A stretch of DNA of 64,000 nt, from contig NC_090353.1 of NCBI RefSeq assembly GCF_035084215.1, forward strand, positions 18,166,001 to 18,230,000, given 5' to 3'. This document shows positions 36,101 through 48,502 of the stretch, piece after piece. The notes under the pieces are model-generated. The model saw only the letters and a program-made list of their open reading frames with translations, was not told where the DNA came from and made no database searches. This DNA comes from Heptranchias perlo (taxonomy: Eukaryota). The translations under genes were made by a program, and so were the position numbers. Each line of letters begins with the position of its first letter. The stretch's first letter is position 1.

Positions 36101-39100
36101 CATTGGGAAGTGTAATTCTCACTGTGGCAGCCCCCAGAGATCGCCAAACTACAGCTCTGAATTCCTGGGATTTCCTAAACATCTCTCAATGCTGGAACAA
36201 CTCCGAACTAAAAAGGTTCTATTTACAAAGTCACTCTTCATGTTAACTCACAGAAAATTTAAAATTCAAACACTTACCCGATAATTTTTAAAGAAACTAC
36301 GGGAGTGAGTTTTTGCAGCAGGAGGGGTTCTCCTGCTCCTCCGCTGTAACTTTGGCAGAAGGGCCGTTGAAACCCTGGAGAAACAGCGTAAATGTTTCCG
36401 GGATTTCACAGGAACAGGAGTAGGCCATTCAGCCCCTCGAGCCTGTTCTGCCATTCAATTAGATCATGGCTGTTCTGTATCTTAACTCCATCTACCCACC
36501 TTGGTTCCATATCTCTTAATACCCTTGCCTAACAAAAATCTATCAATCTCAGTTTTGAAATTTTCAATTGACCCCCAGCCTCAACAGCTTTTTGGGGGAG
36601 AGATTTCCAGTATACCACCACAGGTTTCTGCAGCTCTTCTGACAAAGTTAGGGCAGACGATTGGGAGAAACCCACAGAAACTCACCCCCATAGAGTTCTT
36701 TTTGACATAAGAACAGAAAATTCTGGAAATACTCAGCAAGTCAGGCAGAATCTGTGGAGAGAAAAACAGAGTTAACATTTCACCATTGACATTTCATCAG
36801 AATCTGTTCAACATAAGAGAATGAATGTTTCAGACAGATTAGTGGATTTTATATCTGTGGGACAAAAAAAACCTGAGGAAAATGGACAGGCAATAAAATA
36901 AGAGGACGGAATAGTTGTCACCAGGAATGTACTTGGGACAGAGGCTGCCAGATCAATGCCTGAGATAGGGGCCACCAGATCAGTGCCTGAGATAGGGGCC
37001 ACCAGATCAGTGCCTGAGATAGGGGCCACCAGATCAGTGCCTGAGATAGGGGCCACCAGATCAGTGCCTGAGATAGGGGCTACCAGATCAGTGCCTGAGA
37101 TAGGGGCCACCAGATCAGTGCCTGAGATAGGGGCCACCAGATCAGTGCCTGAGATAGGGGCCACCAGATCAGTGCCTGAGATAGGGGCCACCAGATCAAT
37201 GCATGAGATAGGGGCCACCAGATCAGTGCCTGAGATAGGGGCCACCAGATCAGTGCCTGAGATAGGGGCCACCAGATCAATGCATGAGATAGGGGCCACC
37301 AGATCAGTGCCTGAGATAGGGGCCACCAGATCAGTGCCTGAGATAGGGGCCACCAGATCAATGCATGAGATAGGGGCCACCAGATCAGTGCCTGAGATAG
37401 GGGCCACCAGATCAGTGCCTGAGATAGGGGCCACCAGATCAGTGCCTGAGATAGGGGGCACCAGATCAGTGCCTGAGATAGGGGCCACCAGATCAGTGCC
37501 TGAGATAGGGGCCACCAGCCCAGTGTATGAAATAGGGGTCACCAGATCAATGTATGAGATAGGGGTCATCAGATCAGTGCCTAAGATAGGGGCCTCCAGA
37601 TCAGTGCCTGAGATAGGGGTCACCAGATCAGTGCCTGAGATAGGGGCCATCAGGTCACAATGCCTGAGAAAGAGGCCACCAGTCAGCTCTCTTTAACACT
37701 AAAATATGTACGTCGAACAGCAATCCACCGGAGTTCATTTCAATTTCAAAAGGTTTGGGGCTTTGCATCAGCTGATTTTACACTGCAACCAAAGCCCATC
37801 TTTCCCGTGTGAGACTGCCCCATCCAAGTGACTACTAATAGGCAACTAACTGAAGGTGCTTCCTTCTGTATTTACCAGAAGTGTGTAAGCAGCTGACTCA
37901 CAACTGAAAAGCTCAAACCTAGGATTGGCCCAATGTTATCAGCTCCACCTAGAAATCCTTACGTTATTGTGACTCCTCTATAACTGGGAATGGGTTTCCC
38001 GTATATCTCGATCTCTGAACCAGCCAACATGGTACATAGACGACAAGTAATATCAGGGACAAAAGACAAGGATCAGTGTTGGTTGTTTTTCGCTGTGTGT
38101 CCCACTTCAGACCTGTTTTGAGCTTCAGCTTGTGCATCTTTGCACAGCACAGAACATCAGTTCTTAACATCTGGCTCCTAAAAGGGATCTGATTCAAATC
38201 CTACATCAATTGGCTGTTTCTACTTTAGTTATCAGTGGACAATCAATAGAACATGCAGTAGAAAATGCATAGGTCGACTTTTAATTAAGGTAATTGGAGG
38301 AGGTGATCTTGCAATGGTGGAGTTTGGCAGTTGTATAAAAAGAGCTGGTGCAAAACCCCAAGAGAAGAAAATTTGTAAAGTTAAAGAAAGACTCTTGTTT
38401 TTGTTGTATCCATTCATGAAAGCTGGCCACCTTCCTAGTTCGTGTCAATTACAGAGTAACTGGTGGGAGACTGGTGATGGGCAACACTCCGTGCATGGGT
38501 CTGAGTATGTATGGAACTCGGCCTTCCCACCTTCAAAACACTGTGAGCAGGGTGAGAACAAGGCTACCTCTATGTCTTTCTGTGAAGTAGGAGCCAATAT
38601 TACATTCTTCAACACTGCAGGTTTTCCTTCTTGATTGTTTTTCTTTTGTTCTCTTCTCCCTGCCTCAACTTAATAGTTTATTTCTTTCTCCAGCTGTCAT
38701 AGCCCTGCTTTCATGCAGAAACACCACATGGAAAATGAGAGAAAGTGTAAAAAAAAGGTTTGTCTGTGAAACGGAGAATCACCAGCGATATCACTGCAAG
38801 CAAGACAGGCATTTTTTCCACTGTTTGAACCCAGTTCTCCTGTAAAAGTTCTCGTATGAAGTAAAGTATGAAAGGGAATTTCAGTATGAATGGGATTGGG
38901 ATTTCTGCATAAATAGGAAGGTGATTCCTATGGAAATGGTATTTCTGTATCAAATGCACTAGAACTGATTAGTGTATTAGGAATTGTGATATGATATTCA
39001 GTTTGAAGAGCATCAGTAGGACACTGATGAGATTTACAGTTACAGCTTTGTCTCACTTATTGTTTCACACTGTTTGTTCTCCTTTTTCCAGAAGCGGGTG

Positions 39101-42100
39101 TCGGAGCACACGTTGGAACTTGCTGGGATGCCATCGTGCCCACGTGATTCTCGGTGTGAGCCGGTGCGGATGAGGGTTGAGCGATTTTTGCTGTTTGATG
39201 GAGCCCGAGAGTTGGAGGTGATTGAGGAATGTCAGTGCAATGCGAGGCCTACAGAATGTGTTCGATCACTCCTTCTGAAAACATACTCACCTGACAGTCC
39301 ACTGGAGGTCACTGTGGATGTGGGCAGGTGCTCCAACCCAAGAGCTCCAGGTATTTCCATCCAGCAGTTAGCTATTGGTAAAAGAAAGAAGGAAACTCTT
39401 GCATTTATCTAAGTGCCTTTCATGATCACAGAACGTCCCAAAGCACTTTACAGCCAATGAAGTACGTTTTGAAGTGTAGTCACTGTTGTAATGCAGGAAA
39501 CACGGCAGCCAATTTGTGCACAGTAAGGCCCCACAAACAGCAAAGTGATAATGACCAGATAATCTGTTTTTAGGTGTTGGTTGAGGAATAAATGTTGGCC
39601 AGGACACCGGGGAGAACTCCCCTGCTCTTCTTCTGCCATGGGATCTTGTACGTCCACTTGAGAGGACAGACAGGGCCACGGTTTAATGTCTCATCTGAAA
39701 GGGCTGATGTGGGAGGAGGGGGAAACCAGCCGCGTTTCCGCACAACTGAAGTGGTCACCTGACCCAGCCAGGTCACCCCATTTAGATCTATTAAACATAC
39801 TCCCTGCACATTATTCTCAGTGTGGAGGGGATGCTGAGGCAACTGGTGGGCCGGGAAAATGCACTGCAGCAGCTGTTAAAGGGCTGCAGTCCTCACTAGA
39901 GATAAATAAGAAAAATGGAGTTACGAGGTTGTGAATTAATGGTGATTGGTTGCTCAGAAATCTAAGTTATGTGTTAATCTATGCTGAGGTGGGAATTTCA
40001 ATGAAAATAAAAGGAGTAAAAGTAACAACAGTCAAGTATAACATTCTGCACCATTACTGTTCCTCGTGTAGGCTTGTGTCCCACTTATTTGAATCTTTGG
40101 GTAAAACAAGGAAACTAGAATTACATAGAATTTATAGCACACAGGCCATTCGGCCCAACTGGTCTATGTCGGTGTTTATGTTTCACGCAAGCTTCCTCCC
40201 ACCCTACTTCATCTAACCCTATAAGCATAATCTTCTATTCCTTTCTCCCTCATGTGCTTATCTAGCTTCCTCTTAAATGCATCTAAGCTAGTCGCCTCAA
40301 CTACTCCATGTGGTAGCAAGTTTCACATTCTAAACGCTGTCTGGTTAAAGAAGTTTCTCCTGAATTCCTTATGGGATTTATTAGTGACTATCTTGTATTT
40401 ATGACCTCTAGTTTTGGATTCACCCACAAGAGGGAACATTTTCCCTACATCGACCCTATCAAACTGTGTTAATTATACAGGGTTTCGCTGATTTGAGAGG
40501 CCATTGGTTCTCTGGGACTGTTACTGTATAATGGTTTATTGAAAGACCTTACTGCCTGTGCCCTCATTGTGAGGAAAGGAAGTAAACACCGTCACCACCC
40601 AGCACCACTTTAAACAGACAGTAAGGAGCTGCCAGAACGTGGGCCGAGGGGAATTCATTATCGGACCAATGTCCAGTCATTAAAATAATTACCGGGGCTG
40701 GAACGGGTGTAACACATGCCTGCAGCCTGGCTTCAAAACACAGGAGTGCTGTGCTGCCTGGCGTCTGCCTGTCTTTGTGCCGCTCATGTGCTGCTAGCAA
40801 GGGACTGCTCCCTTAGTGCTACATTGAGGAATCAGTCCTATACAGTCCTGTCCACCAATCAGGGACAGAATCAACCCCCGCCCCCACCTCCCCCCCCCCA
40901 CCCTCTCACTAATATTGACCCAGCTGCCTTTCTTTCTTTTTGTATTTTTATTAATTATAGATTTTTGTACCAACCTCTCTTTTCTTCGATTTCCTCCCAG
41001 TCTCTGAAAGGTGCTACTTTTTGCTCTGGCTGTAGTCAGCAAATATAAAATTGTATGTAGGGTGGAGGAAGCTAGCACGGAACATCAACACCGGCATAGA
41101 CTAGTTGGGCCAAGTGGCTGGAATTCTTTGTAATTCTATATACACTCCTTCCAAATCCTGCTCCTTCCAGCTCTCCTTGTGATACTGCTGGTGCATTTCT
41201 AGGGGGATTGGGGACCTGCTCTTCTGGAAAAGGCATATTTGTTGTGTTAAAAATGGTGCATCCTGGTTAATTTCAAACACTTTTACAGCTATTTAATAAC
41301 TACTTTAATACTTTAAAGGATAATGAGTGACATTTGATTTTATCCATATTCAATAGACAAACCATACCCATAAGCTGCTTCTATACTCACTCTCCCCTTT
41401 AGCACAGTGACTCTCTCCATCCAACTCCCTCCCAGTTCACATTCACATACTGAGACACCACACCAAAACAACAGATACACACTGAACATGTTAAAACACC
41501 ACACCGAGACACGACAGGGAGACACCGCACCGAGACACGACAGGGAGACACCGCACCGAGACACGACAGGGAGACACCTCACCGAGACACCGCACCGAGA
41601 CACCACACCGAGACACGACAGGGAGACACCGCACCGAGACACCTCACCGAGACACGACAGGGAGACACCGCACCGAGACACGACAGGGAGACACCGCACC
41701 GAGACACGACAGGGAGACACCTCACCGAGACACCGCACCGAGACACCACACCGAGACACGACAGGGAGACACCGCACCGAGACACCTCACCGAGACACGA
41801 CAGGGAGACACCGCACCGAGACACCGCACTGAGACACTGCATGAAAACACCACACCGAGACACCGCACGGAAACACCACACCGAGACACTGCATGAAAAC
41901 ACCACACCGAGACACCGCACGGAAACACCACACCGAGACACCGCACGGAAACACCGCACCGAGTGTCAGTGGGGTAGATTTTGACTTTTGCAATAATGTA
42001 AAACTTGTGATAGCGAATCGGCAGCCCATTTTACATAGGAACAGGAGTAGGCCATTCAGCCCCTCGAGCCTGTTCCACCATTCAATTAGACCATGGCTGA

Positions 42101-45100
42101 TCTGTATCTTAACTCCATCTACCTGCCTTGGTTCTATAACCCTTAATACCCTTACCTAACAAAAATCTATCAATCTCAGCTTTGACATTTTCCATTGACC
42201 CCCAACCTCAACAGTTTCTTGGGGGTTGAGTTTCCTGATTTTTATTTCTATTGGCTTCAATAATGTGTGCAACCTAACATCAGTAACATAACACCAGTAG
42301 TGTACTATCGGTGATGTATAAGTAATGTAACATATGTAACATACCAGAGGTCTTACAGCACAGGTGGAACTGCATCTCAGCTGAAATCAGGAGGTGAAGG
42401 AGGAGAAAATATCTGGGAGGGTCAGTAGAACGGCAGTGAGTGACTGTGACAGGACATTTGGGTAGTGGTGTCCAGAGCCATCTAACTTCTAGAAAAATAT
42501 AAAAATGATGATAAATATTGTTCTTGGAAGAAATAAAAAGGACTGGATGGTGGTCCACTTCTTTCAGGTGACAGTAGAGGTTGGGTCAACACCAGCAATG
42601 TTGTATAGCATTTTAGTGGCCAGAAATTGCACAGCATCACCCACCCCAAAAGTGCAAGGTCATGACGGAATTCGAAGCAAGTGCTCATCGCTTCTGAGAG
42701 AGCTGGAACCATGTAGCTCCCTCCGAGGTGATGGCTGCTTATGTATTTCTTCCTGAGTAAATCCAAAAGGAAAATGTTTGGGAAATGCCATCATTCAGAA
42801 AAGCTCGTTTTCCCTTTAGTGTAATGTCCTCATTTTGTTTTAATCCCTGTAGATGGTTTGGGATGCGTACCCACCAAATTTGAATCAGTTGTGTTGGAGA
42901 GTCCAAATGGATTGGAGCTTATTCAAACTGTGGAATTGTGTGAGGTGAGAGAGAACTGCTACAGACTGCCCCATGTGGAGCATTACTATGTGATCACCAT
43001 TAACTCCAGCAGTGAGAAGGAAGAAGGGCTCAAGGTACTGGAGGTGTTAATTACTCAGCAGCTGCAGTTTGCTCAGTTGTTTGGCTGTTGTTCATACGCA
43101 GGTTCCTGAAGTGACTGATCCTCTTTGTTGTGGTAATGTTGCAGGAAATCGATGTTGGCAGATGTTTGGGAGTGTGTACTGCAGGAAGTGGCTGTCTCCT
43201 GAGGTAAGCACAGCTGGTCCTGGCCTCCTCCCACCCCACGAATATCTGTTTTTCCAAAAGACACAGTCCCTGCTGAATTTCACTTAAAGCACCATGCCAG
43301 TCGCAGCCATGACTTCTGTGGCAGATCTGAAAGGTAAATGAGTTGGTATTGCTGCCGTCGGAGGCTTGTAGACCAAACTCAAGAGATGGTTTTCCCCTGC
43401 ACTACTGCAAGTAGCAAAGATGGTTAAAAAAATAAAATTAATAATTATACTTTGCATGAGGGAAGTCTGGGTGATGAGGAAGAGCAGGGGATTTGGGGGG
43501 TCAAGTTAACTTCACATTAAAAGCAGCACCTCAAGTGGATAAGACCAGAAAAAAGCTAATGGAATACTGAGTTTTATGGAAAGGGGTATAGAATATAAAA
43601 AGTCAAGACGTAATGGCAAATTTATATTAAACCATAGTAAAATCACAGTTAAAGTACTGAGTGCAGTTTTGGCCTCTATATGAAGGATCGTGAGACAATA
43701 AAGAGGGTACAGTGCAGATTCAACAGAATGCTACCTGGTATGAGGAAATACAAATATGAAGAAAGACTTGAAAAATTGGGGCTGTTTTTGTTAGAAAAGA
43801 GATTACAGGGTGATTTATTAAAGGTGTTTAAAATTGTGAGAGGATGGGACAGAGTTGATAGAGACTCATTCCAGTGACTGAGGGGTCTAGAATGAGGGGA
43901 CATAGATATAAGATTAAATGTAAGAGATTTAGGGCAGATAGCAGGAGCAACGTTTTACACAGAGGGTTGTGAGGCTGTGGAATGTACTTGGAGTCAATGA
44001 TCGAAGCAGAGACCATGGAGTAGAATTTCCACTGGGTTCCGCCAACCACTCACCATAACTTCAGCAGAAATGCCGCAGCAATGGTGTAAGTTACAGTAGG
44101 ACTCCAGTAGAAGCCCTGTGGAAACTCTACCACCATGCCAACATTCAAGAATAGGTTCGATAGGTGGTTAATGGAAAGGGGAATAAAGCGATATGGGAAC
44201 AAAGCAATAGAGAGTGTACAAGTGAATTTGCTTTGATGCTAATGAACCAGTTCAGTAGGATAGAGATACCTTCATAAGATACAGCGGCACAGGAATATAG
44301 ATGAGTGGGGAAACACCATCAATACAGAAAAAAGAGCCAGAGATAATTCATTGTTTTATTACTATGATATTAAACATCAGGGCTCTTTCATTCAGATCTA
44401 TTGAAAGGATCTGCATACTGACAAGAGTCTTTCTGATTAGAATTTGACTCATTCTTTAACCCCTTTCTGCCAAACTGTGCTTTTAAGAGACCACAACGTC
44501 ATTAGTGGATGAATGCTTAGTGTATTCCTGAGGCATTCCTTTGATCACTATTTCAGGAGAGGTGTCAGCTCATTTAAATTACTGCCGTGTTAAAATACTG
44601 GACAGGGAACTGCCATGTGAACATGTTAAGTGTTGATCCACTGATAACACCATCAGTCATTTCTAGGCTCACATGCCCACAACCTTAGATCCTTAATTTA
44701 AAAGTGAGATCTTTAACATGTTGAATGTACAGGATCCTTACTTCCCAGTTTTTCTTTCACCTAAAATCTTCAGCCCTTTAATACACAAGATAGGCCTCAC
44801 CTAATCGCAATATACTGATTGACCTCATCTGCTCGTTGACTCTTTTCAGCCTTGGTATCCAGCACTATAGACCTTGGCCCTTCACCTTAGGTTTTGCAAT
44901 CTTAAAAAAGGCTCAAAAATGAAAATGAACCTGATCCACTTAGACAGCATAAACCATATAATATTCTTTAATAAGACACACATAAGACAACACAATATTA
45001 CAGGCAGGATAAAAAAAGGTATCTGGTTTCTGTGTAATTCACCAAGAGGTACCCAGTCTCTGAATGGTCTCTAACTCAATGAGAGGTACCCAGTCTCTGT

Positions 45101-48100
45101 AACTTACTAAGATGTACCTGATCTCTGATTGACTCACTGAGACGTACCTAGGGGCCAATTTTAGGATGGCTGAGCAGGTGCGTTCTGGGCGGGGGGGGGC
45201 TCCTAAAATGGGGGAATCCCAGAGCGGGTCCAGAGCCCGGCTCCAACCCGTTCCACAATGACACATCAGCTGCGTGCGCAGCTCCCGCATGCGGGACTCC
45301 CAACGGCAATTAAAGTCGGCGGGATGAAATACTTACCTAGTTGAGGTACTTGACAGACATCATTGACTGGAGATTTTGGCAGGGGTGCAATTTTCATGGA
45401 TCCTCAGCGTGTTTCCCGTGCTGTGGGAAACACCCCCTCTTGGAGCAGACATGTTTCAGTCAGCAGCCAGTGGGAGATGCAAAGGATTTTTTGACAGTTG
45501 GGGGGAATATCTCATTTATTGCAGCAGGGCACTCTGTCACTTCAGACAAACTTTTAGCTGCAACACCTTTGTCTTTCCATTCAAGATTATTAATTTATAC
45601 CCTAAACTCTGCTGTGCAAACACATTTACCTACTTTGCGGACCCCCTTAAACTCACACCGTCAGGATGGGGGGCGCCATGGCTGCATTCACCACTTCATC
45701 CGAGGACGAGCAACATCACCAGCCTCGCCAGGCACTCCGTCCACCTCCGCCACGTGGAGCTCCACAACACAGTGCTGCGCCACAGGCACCTGCACAAAAT
45801 AGTTGTGCAACTACACATACACCTACTGTAGGGTGACCCAATGGGTGGCATCAAGTGTGGGTGTTCATGGAGAACCTCATGAAAGGGACTTATTGCACAA
45901 ACCAGTCAAGAATGGCCAAGACGTGGCAGTAGTGGTGACAATATAATATTTAATGTGAGTTGAACCAAAATCAAATATTAATAAAAAACAGACAAACCGT
46001 CAAACCCCCTTGTGCATCTCCTTTGTGCTCATGAAACCTTTGCCTTACGCTTCCTACTACTCATACGTAATGCATCCCCTGTGGCTGCAGCAGAGGTAGT
46101 GGCAGGTTGAGTGAGGGTGACCATGAAAGAGATGCATCAGAGGCTGAGTATGAGACAGAACCATGAGATGGTATGAGGATTGGGTTGAATGGTAGTGGTG
46201 GGATGAGTACTGGGGAGGTGAGTAAGTGCAGGTAATTTGGGGATGAGGTTTGAGTGGGTGTGAGGAGTGATGTGATAGAGTAGTGTTGGCAGTGCAGAAG
46301 GAGTTGTGGGGTGGGGGCGGTGATGTGGAAGACAGAGTGTAGGAGAATGAGTAAGTGTGCTCACTTTGGCTGACCTAGTTAGGTCATTGAAGCGCTTCCT
46401 GCACTGTATCTAGGTGCGGGATATGTTGCTGGTGCTGCTGACCTCCTCTGCCACCTCGAGCCAGACCTTCTTGGTGGCAGAGCCAGGCCACTTCCTCCCG
46501 TCCGCCGGGTAGAAGATCTCTCTCCTCCTCCTCCTTGCCCCATCCAGTAAGACCTGGAGTGAGGCATCATTAAACCTGGGAGCAGCCTTTCCCCTGGGCT
46601 ACTCCATACTGTAATTTTGGCTGTTTGCTACAGGAGCAACATTGGAGGACTGCCCCTTTAAATAGGGCTCCTCCAGCTGACAGCCTGTAATGCGGGTGCG
46701 CAGTCCGCCCGCTGCGCAGGTTTCCAACGGGAAACCCGGAAGCCAAGGTAAGTGGCTTCAATTTACTTGCGATTGCGTGGGGAACGCACTGATTTGACTG
46801 GGCGGGTTACCCACGCGCTCCGTCGCCCCCTCCCGCTGCCAACCCGCCTCCCTGGTAATATAGGGGCCCTAGTCTCTGCGTGATTCCCCAAGAGCCATCC
46901 AGTGTTAAAAATTGGATAGCCATGTGGTGAAGGATAGAATACTAGAGCCTGGTATTTACTTGCTTCCAACCTTTAGTCACACCCTTACACACACACCACA
47001 CCCAAGCTAAGCTCTCATATAAAAAGGACACACACCTGAATACAATTAACACTAATTGATATAAATCACACTACAATTAACATCCAGGTCCCGTGCAACA
47101 CTCCGACATAACTATATTGTTTATAATATTATTATAGACATAACTTTTTTAACAATATTTTTTATTGAGGGGATTTTTTAATGTAACTGTTCTTCAGTGC
47201 AGGAACTATTTATTGGCAGTGGATTTCTCTGATGTTGTCATTCCCTCGTGACGTACACTCACAGCACAGTTCAGCACAATTTTACAAGCTTGCTTTCCCA
47301 TGGATATTCTGTGCTGTTACCTGTGATGCCTCTGAGTTCTGTTTGCTTCAGCTTGGGGCTTGGCCACTCACTGGCCTCGATTTTTAACCCCTCTCGCCCA
47401 GCGAGAATGTTGTGTGGTAGGAGTTAAGATCAGGTCCAATCCACTTACCGGCCTGAGACAGCACAGTTCCCGTCCGGTGACATACTATCTTCATCGATTT
47501 TGAAGTCGGCCCGAGGCCCCCACTGCAGGCAAACGAGGGCCTCATTTAAATTTTAAACTCACGGCCTGATGGCGACAAACCCGCCAGAGACACCTGGTGG
47601 GAGGCGCCGACTGGCCAGAAGGGGCCCTGGTAAAAATAACTTTGCTGTGAAATCCTTGTGGGTCAGGAGGAGCAGGAATGCTCCCCTCCCCTGTTCCGGC
47701 CTTGTCTCTCCCTCTCGGCGCTGGCATCGTCTGCCATAGCCCTCGCCCAGCGCTGATTTATGCTGAGGACTGTTCCCTTGAGTTCCTGGAGCACTGAGGC
47801 TCCCGACCCGTTTTCCCGCTCCCGCCCACTGGCCCTGACATCAGTCCTGCTGGTTTCAGGAGGGAGACTGTTCTGTATTAGTTAAATGAGGCCTGGGAGT
47901 TAAAATAGCCTGGGGCTCACTCTGAGATCCCCGTGGGGGTTTCCCTCGCGCAAGCACCCCCGCCCATCCCGAACGTGCCCCCACCAGTTAAAATCAAGGC
48001 CATTCTGTTTAAATCTGGCTTTTGCAGGCAGTCAACGTAATTGAACAATTTGAAAGGAGGATATTTACTGAAAAAGCAGGGATGTAGTTACTCAATGTTC

Positions 48101-48502
48101 AGCCGCTTTTTGGCTGCTTTTAAAACTCAGTTGGATATTTGACAGGATCAGGATATGTTGAAATATTGGCTACATCTACACTTTAAAGGTACTGACTGTC
48201 AGTCTGGTCTCCATCACGTATTTAATTGATTACCACCTTCTCGCTGCTTTATATTTGACCAAAGTTTCTCAGGCATGGTCTATTCTCCTGTCATCAGAGA
48301 TGTAGCTGGTTGACTTTAAGCTTCTTATCCCCCTTTTCTCAGGGATACTCGGAGTAAGGACCAGTGCATGGTTTGGGAAAATGGCTCGTCCAATGGCTGC
48401 TCCCCTTGGGAATATGAAACTCATACGTTCAGGAGCAGACATGGAATGATCAGGAATGTCTATGCCATAAAATCCTGCAAATGCCATGGGACAAGCCCAT
48501 AG
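30043..48502 (+). CDS. pnhd: Pinhead, secreted cystine-knot protein (7 exons: 30043-30112, 30669-30758, 36073-36215, 39092-39350, 42853-43034, 43145-43203, 48343-48502; 320 aa)
   Basis: The exons join to a 963-nt open frame with GT-AG introns and matching phases (1,1,0,1,0,2). The protein has a signal peptide, three modules with D[IV]G[KR]C cores (DIGKCNSHC, DVGRCSNP, DVGRCLGVC) and a C-terminal KSCKC. It lies immediately 5' of admp on the same strand, which is the known pinhead position. Confidence 0.9.
30669..30758 (+). CDS. pnhd: pinhead exon 2
   Basis: TAG acceptor; encodes GAGVLTDPWDIVFKERRCCRRQPHYIFVGK; donor G|GTTAG. Confidence 0.85.
31950..32345 (-). mobile_element. Near full-length Deu-domain SINE
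   Basis: Reverse of the 12765-13055 family, plus the Deu domain (aaagacggcacctctgacagtgcagc) and a tRNA-like head. Confidence 0.75.
33320..33441. mobile_element. MITE (family of 56041-56224), internally deleted
   Basis: gggatcattttgactttgtgcgatagtgtaaaa...aaaatcaaaatgacccc. Confidence 0.7.
35280..35860. repeat. CT-rich compound repeat (TC)n-ACCCGG
   Basis: Repeated tctctctcacccgg / tctctctcacctgg. Confidence 0.9.
36073..36215 (+). CDS. pnhd: pinhead exon 3
   Basis: CAG acceptor; encodes DISSSPVSMDIGKCNSHCGSPQ...LRTKK; donor AAG|GT. Confidence 0.85.
36945..37680. repeat. 27-bp minisatellite GATCAGTGCCTGAGATAGGGGCCACCA in pinhead intron 3
   Basis: About 27 units, mostly identical. Confidence 0.95.
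39092..39350 (+). CDS. pnhd: pinhead exon 4
   Basis: ttttccAG acceptor (CAGAAG tandem acceptor); encodes ...SCPRDSRCEP...IEECQC...ECVR...DVGRCSNPRAP; donor G|GTATT. Confidence 0.9.
39380..39702 (-). mobile_element. Deu-domain SINE fragment
   Basis: Reverse complement of the 12765-13055 family. Confidence 0.75.
40117..40465 (-). mobile_element. CR1 3' fragment
   Basis: Similar to the reverse complement of 25240-25550. Confidence 0.75.
41450..41962. repeat. Compound short-unit minisatellite (CACCGAGACA / CGACAGGGAGA)
   Basis: Tandem units seen directly in pinhead intron 4. Confidence 0.9.
42853..43034 (+). CDS. pnhd: pinhead exon 5
   Basis: Encodes DGLGCVPTKFESVVLESPNG...ELCEVRENCYRLPH...EEGLK; donor AAG|GTACT. 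Confidence 0.9.
43145..43203 (+). CDS. pnhd: pinhead exon 6
   Basis: ttgcAG acceptor; encodes EIDVGRCLGVCTAGSGCLL; donor AG|GTAAG. Confidence 0.9.
43470..44220 (+). mobile_element. Decayed CR1 fragment with a nested MITE (44017-44133, CAT duplication)
   Basis: Encodes RVQCRFNRMLPGM...YEERLEKLGLFLLEKRLQGDL. MITE ends are gtagaatttccac and gtggaaactctac, with CAT at 44014-44016 and 44134-44136. Confidence 0.75.
45152..46869. mobile_element. Non-autonomous PIF/Harbinger transposon (1718 bp) with TAG target-site duplication
   Basis: GGGCC...GGCCC ends; TAG at 45149-45151 and 46870-46872. A minus-strand Myb/SANT-like pseudogene at about 46364-46607 reads KAAPRFNDASLQVLLDG...WLEVAEEV...QCRKRFNDLTR, with stops. 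Confidence 0.85.
48343..48502 (+). CDS. pnhd: pinhead exon 7 (last coding exon)
   Basis: ttttctcAG acceptor; encodes DTRSKDQCMVWENGSSNGCSPWEYETHTFRSRHGMIRNVYAIKSCKCHGTSP*; TAG at 48500-48502. Confidence 0.88.

Noticed and set aside
36808-37696. 280-aa and 246-aa ORFs (APISGTDLV / SVPEIGATR repeats), also CRISPR-like in regularity
   Set aside because: This is a 27-bp head-to-tail tandem repeat in an intron, with no unique spacers and no cas genes, in eukaryotic DNA.
38694-38760. Strong pyrimidine tract and AG at 38693 as an extra pinhead exon
   Set aside because: The required phase-0 frame hits TAG after two codons, and the gene model is complete without it.
41340-42029. Cys-rich ORFs resembling keratin-associated proteins or metallothionein
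   Set aside because: They come from a short-unit minisatellite that is open in several frames.
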